Of a stretch of DNA of 62,437 nt, positions 40,506 through 48,064 are shown one piece after another (the stretch's first letter is position 1; each line of letters starts with the position of its first letter). The DNA comes from an uncultured Bacilli bacterium (lineage in GTDB: Bacteria; Bacillota_I; Bacilli_A; RF39; UBA660): assembly GCA_944332555.1 (NCBI GenBank), contig CALVKF010000003.1, forward strand, positions 1-62,437, in the 5' to 3' direction. Under the pieces are notes generated by a model. It saw nothing but the letters and a program-made list of their open reading frames with translations. It was not told where the DNA came from and made no database searches. The translations under genes and the position numbers were made by a program.

Positions 40506-41958
40506 ACACTATCTTTAAATCAGGCATATGAAACACACCATCATCACTAATTAAATCAATATATTCATCACTATTTTTAACTACTATATATTTAACACCA
40601 TGTTCACTATCATTTACATATTTATTTTTATTTATTCCATTACTAATTAATGATAATATAAATCTTCTTTCAAATTGTGAAATTTTTTCTAAATTTTTCA
40701 ATTCTATAAAACCATTTTTAATATATTGATTTAATATTTCTTGCTCTCTTTTTCTTATAGCTAAAATCGCTTCCAATTGTTCTTGTTTTGCCAGTGTTTT
40801 ATCAACAATTGCTCTTTTAGTAATATTTTCTTTTATTTTTCTACTATGACTTTTAACTTCTATCCATAATGGATCTAACAAAAGAGCATCTATTCCAATA
40901 TCATCAGTTTGTTTTTGAATCTTAGAAAAATGCTTGATACTAGAAATACCAAAAGCAACTGCAGCTATATTTTCTGATTCTCTCAAAGATTTAGAATTAC
41001 AAAACATTGCTAATAAATGTCTATATTCTTCTTTGCGATTAATACTATTTTGTTTTAATTCCATTATAGCACTAACATTTTTAAGTATTTTACTAATAAT
41101 ATCATTTATAGCATTTTTAAGTCTCATACTTTCAGATATCCCAGAATCATTTTTAAACCAATGTATGATACTATGCCATTTTCCTAAATTAATTTCTCTT
41201 AAATAATCAAAATCAAAATTAGGTTCTAAGTTAGGAATGTTCTTTTGATAAGCTATTAAACTATCCATTAATTTTTGTTCAAAATTATTTGGCAAATTAT
41301 CTAATAAATCAACAATTTTTAAATTATAATTTTGAAAACCTACAACAAAATCATTTAAGTATTTAACAATTGAATTTTTATAAGCTAAAAATTCCGCTGT
41401 TTTCATTAAATCTTCAGTTTTAGCTTCATTAAATGTTTTTAGAAAATCTTTATAGTGTTCATTTAATGTTGTAAAATTATAGTTTAATTCTTCAAAATAA
41501 TCATGTATATTACTAATATCTTCTTCTTTTTCTAAATTAATTATTAACATACGAATTTTTTCAAACAATTTAGGTTCTAAAGATGATCTTTTAACTTGCA
41601 AACTTTCAAGACGCATTACAAATCTTTCGATTTCAATCGCATAATCAGTCATCTGATAACGAAATTTTTTATTCTTAAATTCATCAATTGTAAGTACATT
41701 ATCTGTATCTTGAAAATAAGTTAAACTTTGCCATAAAACCAATTGATTTAAATCTTGTTCACATAACTCAAGTGAATAATTCGCAAAATCTATATTATCT
41801 TTAAGTTCATTATATACTTGTTCTTTATAAAGCCAATAATCAAGTTTTTCATAATGTTCAAAAAATATTCGCATTATTGGTCGATATCTATTAGTATTTT
41901 CAACATTTAAATATTTAGTTTCTAATATTTGTTTAGTTAATTTATCATTTATTTCCAT
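40486..41958 (-). CDS. jetA: Wadjet JetA-like subunit (DUF2397-size class)
   Basis: First gene of the four-gene operon, 490 aa. N-terminus ...NTNRYRPIMRIFFEHY resembles the family N-terminus as I recall it. Confidence 0.65.
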   Translation of the reverse strand: MEINDKLTKQILETKYLNVENTNRYRPIMRIFFEHYEKLDYWLYKEQVYNELKDNIDFANYSLELCEQDLNQLVLWQSLTYFQDTDNVLTIDEFKNKKFRYQMTDYAIEIERFVMRLESLQVKRSSLEPKLFEKIRMLIINLEKEEDISNIHDYFEELNYNFTTLNEHYKDFLKTFNEAKTEDLMKTAEFLAYKNSIVKYLNDFVVGFQNYNLKIVDLLDNLPNNFEQKLMDSLIAYQKNIPNLEPNFDFDYLREINLGKWHSIIHWFKNDSGISESMRLKNAINDIISKILKNVSAIMELKQNSINRKEEYRHLLAMFCNSKSLRESENIAAVAFGISSIKHFSKIQKQTDDIGIDALLLDPLWIEVKSHSRKIKENITKRAIVDKTLAKQEQLEAILAIRKREQEILNQYIKNGFIELKNLEKISQFERRFILSLISNGINKNKYVNDSEHGVKYIVVKNSDEYIDLISDDGVFHMPDLKIVFGDRSE

Positions 41959-42277
41959 TTGTTTCTCCCTTGCCTAATATATTACAAAAAACCAAACAAA
42001 AATTCAAGTATTAATTGCAATATTAGTCCTTTTGCTTTTATCGGTTCTTCTAATGATTTACTCCCTCTAATACCCAAACATATCTTCCCACTTTATATTC
42101 ACCACATAAATACTCCTCATAATGATTCTTTTTTATACCTTCTACAAATTCTTTTATCATATAAATACAATTGACTAACCTACATTTACAAATAATCATA
42201 CCATAAAGTTCATACAAGTAAAACTTGAAAAAAAATCAAAACAATAATATAATATATTTAAGAAAGGAGTTAATAAT

Positions 42278-42562
42278 GTGCTAGAACATTTAAATAATGT
42301 AATTAAAGACATTTACGAAATAAAAAAAACAAATCAATATAATTTAAAAAATACTGATATTTATGTATTAGAAAAAAAAATAATCGAAATAACTGAAAGT
42401 TTAAACAGAAAAATTGACTTAAAAGAAGTAAAAACAATATCTGAAATGATTTATCAGCTTAATTTAGATAATACATTTTCTGAATTAACAGATCACATTA
42501 GCAACGAATTTTATGCTTTTGAATTTCTGCTAGAACAAAATATTAAGGAGGGAAAAATATAA
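42278..42562 (+). CDS. Hypothetical 94-aa helical protein (GTG start)
   Basis: AAGGAG RBS 8 nt upstream of the GTG. It is 1 nt from the next gene. No family recognised. Confidence 0.55.
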   Translation: MLEHLNNVIKDIYEIKKTNQYNLKNTDIYVLEKKIIEITESLNRKIDLKEVKTISEMIYQLNLDNTFSELTDHISNEFYAFEFLLEQNIKEGKI

Positions 42563-42563
42563 C

Positions 42564-43151
42564 ATGGCCGGAAAAGACAAATATGGATACAAACATGAAG
42601 ATGGTCACTATTCAAAAATGACCGGTAAGGGTTCAAGTTCATCATATTCAATATATGATAAAAATCCATCAGAAAAACATCATTCTGGAACTCACGTGAA
42701 TATTAATTTAAGCAAAGGAAAAAATGGATCTATAGTGGAACATGGTCCAGATGGAAAAACAATTAAAACAGATATAAGCTGTTATTTAACTACGGCTTGC
42801 ATGAAATTTTACCAAGATAATTTCAATGACGATTGCTATGAATTAAAAGTATTAAGATGGTTTAGAGATAATTTTGTAACTGAAGAAGACATATTACATT
42901 ATTATGAAGTTGCTCCTATAATTGTTGAAGCCATTAATAGCGAAGAAAAAAGCAAATTAATTTACGATTATATCTATGATAATATAATTGACTTTTGTAT
43001 CTCAGAAATCGAAAACGGAAATTATGATGTAGCATATTCTAGGTATAAAAATAGTATATTATGCTTTGAAGAAACATTTGCAAAACCATTACTTGAGCAA
43101 AAGTTTATAAAAGTTCTTAAAAAATCTGTGCCAACAAATAATACAAAATAA
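42564..43151 (+). CDS. Hypothetical protein: Gly/Lys/His/Ser-rich N-terminal region plus a conserved Cys-containing C-terminal domain (CYLTTAC...DDCYELKVLRWFRDNFV...HYYEVAPIIVEAI)
   Basis: GGAGG RBS upstream. The C-terminal motif resembles a widespread uncharacterised domain that I cannot name. Confidence 0.65.
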   Translation: MAGKDKYGYKHEDGHYSKMTGKGSSSSYSIYDKNPSEKHHSGTHVNINLSKGKNGSIVEHGPDGKTIKTDISCYLTTACMKFYQDNFNDDCYELKVLRWFRDNFVTEEDILHYYEVAPIIVEAINSEEKSKLIYDYIYDNIIDFCISEIENGNYDVAYSRYKNSILCFEETFAKPLLEQKFIKVLKKSVPTNNTK

Positions 43152-43282
43152 TTTATTAAGAACTGTTTGAAAAGTAATATTAAATTTGCTCTAAAAGTTT
43201 CAGTGAAAAAAATTAGAGTTGGTCTCCGCGAAATAGTGGGATTAAGAAAATAGTAAAAAACACGAATCAACTGGATAATTTA

Positions 43283-43320
43283 AAAATATAACTCCAAGTT
43301 TTAATGGGGTTATATTTTTT
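43283..43320 (+). terminator. Terminator of the 42278-43151 gene pair
   Basis: Stem ATATAAC(T)CC/GG(G)GTTATAT followed by T7. Confidence 0.6.
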
Positions 43321-43334
43321 TAAACTCCAATTAA

Positions 43335-43348
43335 TCAGACGCGTCTGA
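43335..43348. promoter_or_regulatory. Perfect 14-bp GC-rich palindrome TCAGACGCGTCTGA in AT-rich intergenic DNA
   Basis: Read directly. It contains an MluI site core. A strong AAAGGAG RBS and a 17-codon TTG ORF follow. Confidence 0.3.
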
Positions 43349-43578
43349 CCAATTCAAAAAGGAGAAAATTTGTTAGAAAAAGTTAATAATAAAATAATTA
43401 AAGAAATAAACAGAGTTAGTTAATCAAACAAAAAAATAATTTAGTGTAAGATATTAATAAATCTATTTTAAAAAATCTAGTATTTGCGTAATCTACACTT
43501 TTATAAATTGTTAAATACTGATAAAAATATATTTTCTCTGAAAAACCACATAGTAATTGCAATATACTTTAATAATAT

Positions 43579-43794
43579 TTATTCTAAATTTTCATATTTT
43601 GTTAAATAAGCAATATTTATTTTATGTACAAATGTATCATAATCATCAAAATCATATTCAGCTCCACATATTGAACAAGTAAAAATTCTTTCATCAATCA
43701 CCACATTTTGACCATGAATATTATGATTAGTTTTTTCTTCTCTTAATTCACCAATTACATCTTTATCACATTTATAACAATACATTTTTTCCAT
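43579..43794 (-). CDS. 71-aa Zn-ribbon protein, truncated paralog of the N-terminus of the upstream antitoxin
   Basis: MEKMYCYKCDKDV...FTCSICGAEYDFDD versus MEKMYCFECDKDV...FTCPICGTEYDFDE, about 60% identity over 62 aa. The start lies 22 nt after the upstream stop. Confidence 0.7.
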   Translation of the reverse strand: MEKMYCYKCDKDVIGELREEKTNHNIHGQNVVIDERIFTCSICGAEYDFDDYDTFVHKINIAYLTKYENLE

Positions 43795-43816
43795 TTTATC
43801 ACATCCTTTTCAGTTA

Positions 43817-44719
43817 TTAAATTTTCAAATCCTTAGCATATTTAAAATCAATTATTTCTCCATCTTTAGTTTCAGTCCATCCCTTAAACTTATGAGACCA
43901 ATCCGACAAATCTTTAGCACTCATTCCCTTAAATTCATCAATTATTTTATCTAATACTTTTATTTCATTTTCATTAAAACAAGATAAATCAGTATCTTGA
44001 AGAGGTGCAAATAACATAGCTGAATCATCAACTGATGAAGCAAGCTTAATATAATCTTGTTTAATTAGTAAATTAAGTAAGGCATCTTGATTATTAACAA
44101 TTGGACCAAATGGTGCATGAGCATATTTAAAATTACTTATTGCTTTATTAAATAATTTATAATTTAGAAAATCAGATGCAAATAAATATTTCATCAACTC
44201 TGTTCTATTTAATATAACTTTATTAAGTATATATAAAATAACGTTTATACTCTTATAATTAATATCAACATTTATTCTATTTAATATTTTATAATATTTT
44301 TCTTTAGATAAATTCTTATTATTTTTTATTATATTATAGATATTATTTTTATTATTCAATAAACTTATATAAGTATCAAGATATTCTTTCTGCGGCAGTG
44401 ATTCGGCATTTTCATATCTTGTTATTGTTTTTTTGCTCCATCCAAGAGCTTCCGCAAATAACTCTTGAGATAAGTTTAGGGCCTCTCTTATTTCTTTTAG
44501 TTTTTCAAAACTCAAACCAAATAAATTTAAATAAGCATTATAAATTCTATAAAGCCCTTCATCAAGTTCATCAAAATCATATTCAGTCCCACATATTGGA
44601 CAAGTGAAAATTAAATCATCAACCACTACTTCTCTACCATGAATAGTATATTTTGTTTTTTTAAGGTTTACTTCACCCATTACATCTTTATCACATTCAA
44701 AACAATACATTTTTTCCAT
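43817..44719 (-). CDS. Fusion antitoxin: MqsA/YgiT-type Zn-ribbon, XRE HTH, and C-terminal DUF4065/Panacea domain
   Basis: CxxC...CxxC ribbon, HTH (LNLSQELFAEALGWSKKTITRYE), Panacea core (MKYLFASDFLNYKLFNKAISNFKYAHAPFGPIV). Confidence 0.8.
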   Translation of the reverse strand: MEKMYCFECDKDVMGEVNLKKTKYTIHGREVVVDDLIFTCPICGTEYDFDELDEGLYRIYNAYLNLFGLSFEKLKEIREALNLSQELFAEALGWSKKTITRYENAESLPQKEYLDTYISLLNNKNNIYNIIKNNKNLSKEKYYKILNRINVDINYKSINVILYILNKVILNRTELMKYLFASDFLNYKLFNKAISNFKYAHAPFGPIVNNQDALLNLLIKQDYIKLASSVDDSAMLFAPLQDTDLSCFNENEIKVLDKIIDEFKGMSAKDLSDWSHKFKGWTETKDGEIIDFKYAKDLKI

Positions 44720-44735
44720 ATTATCAAATCATTTC

Positions 44736-44926
44736 CTAACTATAATTACTTTCGTGAAATGACAAACATACCACTTTATTTCTATATGTTAATTTTATAT
44801 ATACTTTCTTACCATTAATCATTTTTAAAAACACATACATCTCTGTATTAAAATCTCTAAAAATATCACTTTTTTACATAATTTCAAAAAACTTTCTACT
44901 GCATTTTTATCTAGTGTTGATAACAT
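44736..44926 (-). pseudogene. MqsR-like toxin gene interrupted by a frameshift in an A6 run (44870-44875); absent from the ORF track
   Basis: AAAGGAGG RBS, then ATG 44926 reads MLSTLDKNAVESFLKLCKK. After a +1 A the frame gives SDIFRDFNTEMYVFLKMINGKKVYIKLTYRNKVVCLSFHESNYS*. Its C-terminus resembles the E. coli MqsR ...SDFYKSM...VYLKITVIHDVLIVSFKEK. Toxin-first order upstream of a MqsA-like gene. Confidence 0.5.
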
Positions 44927-44956
44927 ATATCCTCCTTTACGTCCTTTCGTAAATTA

Positions 44957-44996
44957 ATTATAGCAAAAAACTATATTGGTGTCAATTGTCACCAAT
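44957..44996 (-). promoter_or_regulatory. Consensus promoter TTGACA-N17-TGC-TATAAT with inverted repeat ATTGGTG-N8-CACCAAT across the -35
   Basis: -35 at 44980-44985, -10 at 44957-44962, inverted repeat at 44975-44996. It drives the mqsR-like/antitoxin operon. Confidence 0.7.
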
Positions 44997-45024
44997 TATT
45001 TTTTCAATAAAAAAAGGTCGTTTT

Positions 45025-45456
45025 TTAACGACCTCTACTTTCTTGATTTAACATATTAGCAACTAATCTTCTTATGTAATATTGATAATTCATATAAACA
45101 AAAGGTATATTGTTTTCTTCAAAATAATTAATAACTTCCATTTTGATTTCATCTGTAATTTCAATACCACCAATATTTAGCTTTTCACTTTGTAATCTTT
45201 TAAAGAAATCTTCTCTAGACAAAGTTACTCCACCAAATTTAATAGCAAAAGCTCTTATTGAACTTCTTTCATGTTGCGTCAAACTAACTCCATTATCTCT
45301 TAAATGAATAATTAAATTGCGAATATTAATATCACATATTTCATAATAATCAATGATATCTGCTTTTCTAATATTACCATCTTCAGTTTCTATACCATGA
45401 TCAATCATTTCACATAAGATATTTTCTACTACATTTAAATCACTTATTTTTTGCAT
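45025..45456 (-). CDS. Hypothetical 143-aa protein
   Basis: Start set to ATG 45456 after GAAGGGGGAAAAT. A terminator hairpin GGTCGTT/AACGACC overlaps the stop codon. No family recognised. Confidence 0.6.
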   Translation of the reverse strand: MQKISDLNVVENILCEMIDHGIETEDGNIRKADIIDYYEICDINIRNLIIHLRDNGVSLTQHERSSIRAFAIKFGGVTLSREDFFKRLQSEKLNIGGIEITDEIKMEVINYFEENNIPFVYMNYQYYIRRLVANMLNQESRGR

Positions 45457-45542
45457 ATTTTCCCCCTTCACAGGGATATATGATAACATATTTTTTCAAA
45501 AAATGCAAATACCATAAAATAAAAAGGTAAATTCATACCTTT

Positions 45543-45875
45543 TTAACAACATCTGTCAAAGACATTTTCACAAACATTTTCTTCGCAGCAAGTATAGGCT
45601 GGTTCATAAGTATGTCTATAAACATGATGATTTATAATTCTGGTGTTACATGGAATAATGTGTGGCACATTGTAGCAAATATATCTATGACATACTCTTT
45701 CCCTAGGACATTCATAAATTGGCATGCAGCCACAACCATAATTCATTCCCATATCCATCCCCATATTCATGTTCATATTCATACCACTAGAACAAGTAGT
45801 ATTTTCTCCCATTGCTTTTTTATCATAAGCCTTAGCATTTACATCTTCATAACTTTTTTCATTAAAATAATTCAT
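45543..45875 (-). CDS. cotD: CotD-family inner spore coat protein with a Met/Asn/Gly repeat and a Cys/His-rich C-terminus
   Basis: VPHIIPCNTRIINHHVYRHTYEP matches the CotD IVPHIHP.HTT.VNHH pattern. Start set to ATG 45875, 8 nt after AAAGGAA. Confidence 0.75.
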   Translation of the reverse strand: MNYFNEKSYEDVNAKAYDKKAMGENTTCSSGMNMNMNMGMDMGMNYGCGCMPIYECPRERVCHRYICYNVPHIIPCNTRIINHHVYRHTYEPAYTCCEENVCENVFDRCC

Positions 45876-45896
45876 AATCAACATTCCTTTCTAGTG

Positions 45897-45923
45897 TATC
45901 TTATGAGTATTTTAAATATGTGT
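45897..45923 (-). promoter_or_regulatory. Sigma-K-like promoter match (AC-N16-CATAAGATA) upstream of cotD
   Basis: It fits AC-N16/17-CATA---TA and lies about 20 nt upstream of the RBS. Confidence 0.3.
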
Positions 45924-45949
45924 CTAGGACATAGTACAAAAAAAGCAAC

Positions 45950-46561
45950 TTATTTTGCCCTTTTAGATTCTTTTGGAAATAAAAATTCTCTTGAATTATA
46001 ATAATATTGACAGCCAGATACAACAGAAAGGATTGTTGCAGCGATTAAAAATAAATCAGCAATAGGCAGTCCAATAAGTTCAAATGGAAGGTTATAAAAT
46101 AAAGTTAGAGTTAAACCAACCATCATACAAATTGTTTTAAGTTTTCCAAGGATAGAAGCCGCAACGACTTTACCTTTATTACCACTAATCATTTTACAAG
46201 AATCTACTACTATGTCTCTAGTAATAATAACTACTGGTATAACCACGGAAATAACACGGTTATATGCAAGCACTATTAAAAGTCCATTTACTAATACTTT
46301 ATCCGCAATAGCATCTGCTACTTTACCAAAATCAGTAACTAAATTATTCTTACGAGCTATATGGCCATCTAAAAAGTCTGATACTGAGGCAATTAAGAAT
46401 AAAATTCCCACCACTATATATTTTAAATCAACTTGTGAAACATTTCCTACTTGATAAACTGGCCATTCAACACCTAGTGAATACCATGGCACTAACATAA
46501 TCACTAAAATTAATACTGCCATTATAATTCTTGCTATTGTTATTTTATTTGGTAAATTCAT
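45950..46561 (-). CDS. pgsA: CDP-diacylglycerol--glycerol-3-phosphate 3-phosphatidyltransferase
   Basis: NKITIARI... and the CDP-alcohol motif DFLDGHIARKNNLVTDFGKVADAIADK. Start ATG 46561, 8 nt after GGAGG. Confidence 0.93.
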   Translation of the reverse strand: MNLPNKITIARIIMAVLILVIMLVPWYSLGVEWPVYQVGNVSQVDLKYIVVGILFLIASVSDFLDGHIARKNNLVTDFGKVADAIADKVLVNGLLIVLAYNRVISVVIPVVIITRDIVVDSCKMISGNKGKVVAASILGKLKTICMMVGLTLTLFYNLPFELIGLPIADLFLIAATILSVVSGCQYYYNSREFLFPKESKRAK

Positions 46562-46562
46562 A

Positions 46563-47045
46563 CTACTTTCCTCCATAACTTATTGTATCTGTTACATTTT
46601 TATTTATTGTTACTTGTTTAACTGACCAAAATACAGCAATGCATATCATTAAAAATATAAAAACGTAAATTACAATATATACCCAACTATTATATTTCTT
46701 ACTTTCCCTAGTATAAGGGGACGCTACTACCTCATGATTTTCTTTCTTTTCTTCTTTTAATTTTAATTCGATAGTTTTTTCAATGTCTTTGACTGGTATT
46801 TTAGATGTATATTCAAACATATATTCATTGAATTCATCTATTAAACTTTTCTCATCCAACCCTAAATATTTGGCATAACTTGTAATATACTCTTTTAACT
46901 CAAAAATATCTTTAAATGCTCCAGTACGACCATCTTCAATATTTTCTAACATTTCAACTTTAATGTCTAAATCTTTACTTGCTTCATTCAAACTAACACC
47001 TGATGATTCTCGAGCCTCCTTGAGCATCTCACCAATCTCGTTCAA
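46563..47045 (-). CDS. rodZ: RodZ-like HTH membrane protein (YmfM homolog)
   Basis: MNEIGEMLKEARESSGVSL resembles B. subtilis RodZ MSELGQRLKEAR... A single TM helix follows. TTG start 7 nt after AAGGAG. It is upstream of pgsA as in Bacillus. Confidence 0.8.
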   Translation of the reverse strand: MNEIGEMLKEARESSGVSLNEASKDLDIKVEMLENIEDGRTGAFKDIFELKEYITSYAKYLGLDEKSLIDEFNEYMFEYTSKIPVKDIEKTIELKLKEEKKENHEVVASPYTRESKKYNSWVYIVIYVFIFLMICIAVFWSVKQVTINKNVTDTISYGGK

Positions 47046-47076
47046 AATCTCACTCCTTTTTTACGAAAATAAAAAA

Positions 47077-47424
47077 ATAATTCTTTATAAGCCATGTTCT
47101 GTACTTTCTTACGAAAGTGGCAAATATTTATCTCCTGCAAGCAGGCCCTATTTCAGTTTGATTCCTGAAATAGAACTCCCCTACCATAATTTGGGTTTCT
47201 CACTCGTGGGGTTTACCGCGTTCCACTTAGCTTGTTTCCAAACTAACTCGTCTCTATGGCACTTTATGTTTACTAAAACCATTTGACAGGTTTCCTCAAC
47301 GCCGTTAGCCTAAGCTACCCTAGGTTATTTTTTCCCTAGGCACGAACACTACAAACATCACAGCTTGTGTGAGCATGGACTTTCCTCTACATTACAATAT
47401 ATGCAGCATTTGCCCAAGAATTAT
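47077..47424 (-). ncRNA. rnpB: RNase P RNA, type B
   Basis: On the minus strand: GAGGAAAGTCCATGCTC (P4 5' strand), GTGGAACGCGGTAAACCCC, ACAGAACATGGCTTA (P4 3' strand). P1 pairs ATAATTCTT with AAGAATTAT. It is adjacent to gpsB as in B. subtilis. Confidence 0.93.
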
Positions 47425-47765
47425 TCATTATTACCATAAACAATTTTTTCTAAATTACTAATTCTTTTTAGAAGGTCGACATTACTAATGCTCCTTGATG
47501 GGGCATTATTAGTAGAATCAACTTCACTTTGTAATCTTCTAATTTCTTGTTTTAATTTCGAATTATCCTCCATTAGATTCTTAATGTCTTTTTCTAATTT
47601 TTTAATAATATTTGCATATTCTGTATAGTCTCTAATAACCATATCCAAAAACTTATCAACCTCTTGAGGTCGATATCCCCTGGCATCCACCTTAAATTCT
47701 TTTTCCAATATTTCTTGTGGTGTTAAATAGAACCTATCATTATACAAAATATCACCTTCTAACAA
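47421..47765 (-). CDS. gpsB: Cell-division/elongation regulator GpsB (DivIVA-domain)
   Basis: TPQEILEKEFKVDARGYRPQEVDKFLDMVIRDY and the C-terminal LLKRISNLEKIVYG closely parallel B. subtilis GpsB. The start is either TTG 47765 (no RBS) or TTG 47747 (after AAGGTGA). Confidence 0.9.
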   Translation of the reverse strand: MLEGDILYNDRFYLTPQEILEKEFKVDARGYRPQEVDKFLDMVIRDYTEYANIIKKLEKDIKNLMEDNSKLKQEIRRLQSEVDSTNNAPSRSISNVDLLKRISNLEKIVYGNNE

Positions 47766-47811
47766 GAAAATTATATACTATTTTAGATATGTTTGTCAAT
47801 ATGCCAAAAAT

Positions 47812-47910
47812 TTACTTTTTCTTTCTTTTTTTCTTATCCACTAAATAAGTATTAAGTATTGCCCAATCAATTTTTTCTAACATCGCATTTAAAAAATAAT
47901 TTATATTCAT
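47812..47910 (-). CDS. Possible 32-aa small protein (MNINYFLNAMLEKIDWAILNTYLVDKKKRKKK)
   Basis: GGGTGA RBS 5 nt upstream of the ATG, in the gpsB-recU intergenic region. It is below the ORF-track length cutoff. Confidence 0.25.
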   Translation of the reverse strand: MNINYFLNAMLEKIDWAILNTYLVDKKKRKKK

Positions 47911-48064
47911 TATATTCACCCAAAAGTATTGTACTATAAATATTATTATTTTGCATTAACATCGACAAATATCGACAAAAGTTTTATTGTCAAATTAAAG
48001 TTAATTAATTATAAGTAGTTTTTAAAAATTCCAATATGTGGTATAATTATATAGGTGATTTATT

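Noticed and set aside
42050-42160. 36-codon minus-strand ORF (MIKEFVEGIKKNHYEEYLCGEYKVGRYVWVLEGVNH) in the jetA leader
   Set aside because: The composition is protein-like, but the RBS is poor and no family is recognised. It may be a gene remnant, and there is not enough support to call it.
43370-43423. 17-codon TTG ORF after the GC-rich palindrome
   Set aside because: It has a strong RBS, but it is very short, has a non-ATG start and a Lys/Asn-rich composition that is indistinguishable from background.
43270-43578. Possible decayed HTH/Panacea remnant downstream of the 71-aa Zn-ribbon gene
   Set aside because: I could not find any frame with residual similarity to the 300-aa protein beyond the ribbon, so truncation by deletion cannot be shown from this sequence alone.
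46963-47286. 107-aa plus-strand ORF
   Set aside because: It overlaps the rodZ 5' end and runs antisense through rnpB. The region is fully explained by RNase P RNA signatures.
47961-47980. Tandem ATCGACAAA(T/A) direct repeat upstream of recU
   Set aside because: There are only two copies and no resemblance to DnaA boxes or other known operators. It is likely chance or a minor promoter element.
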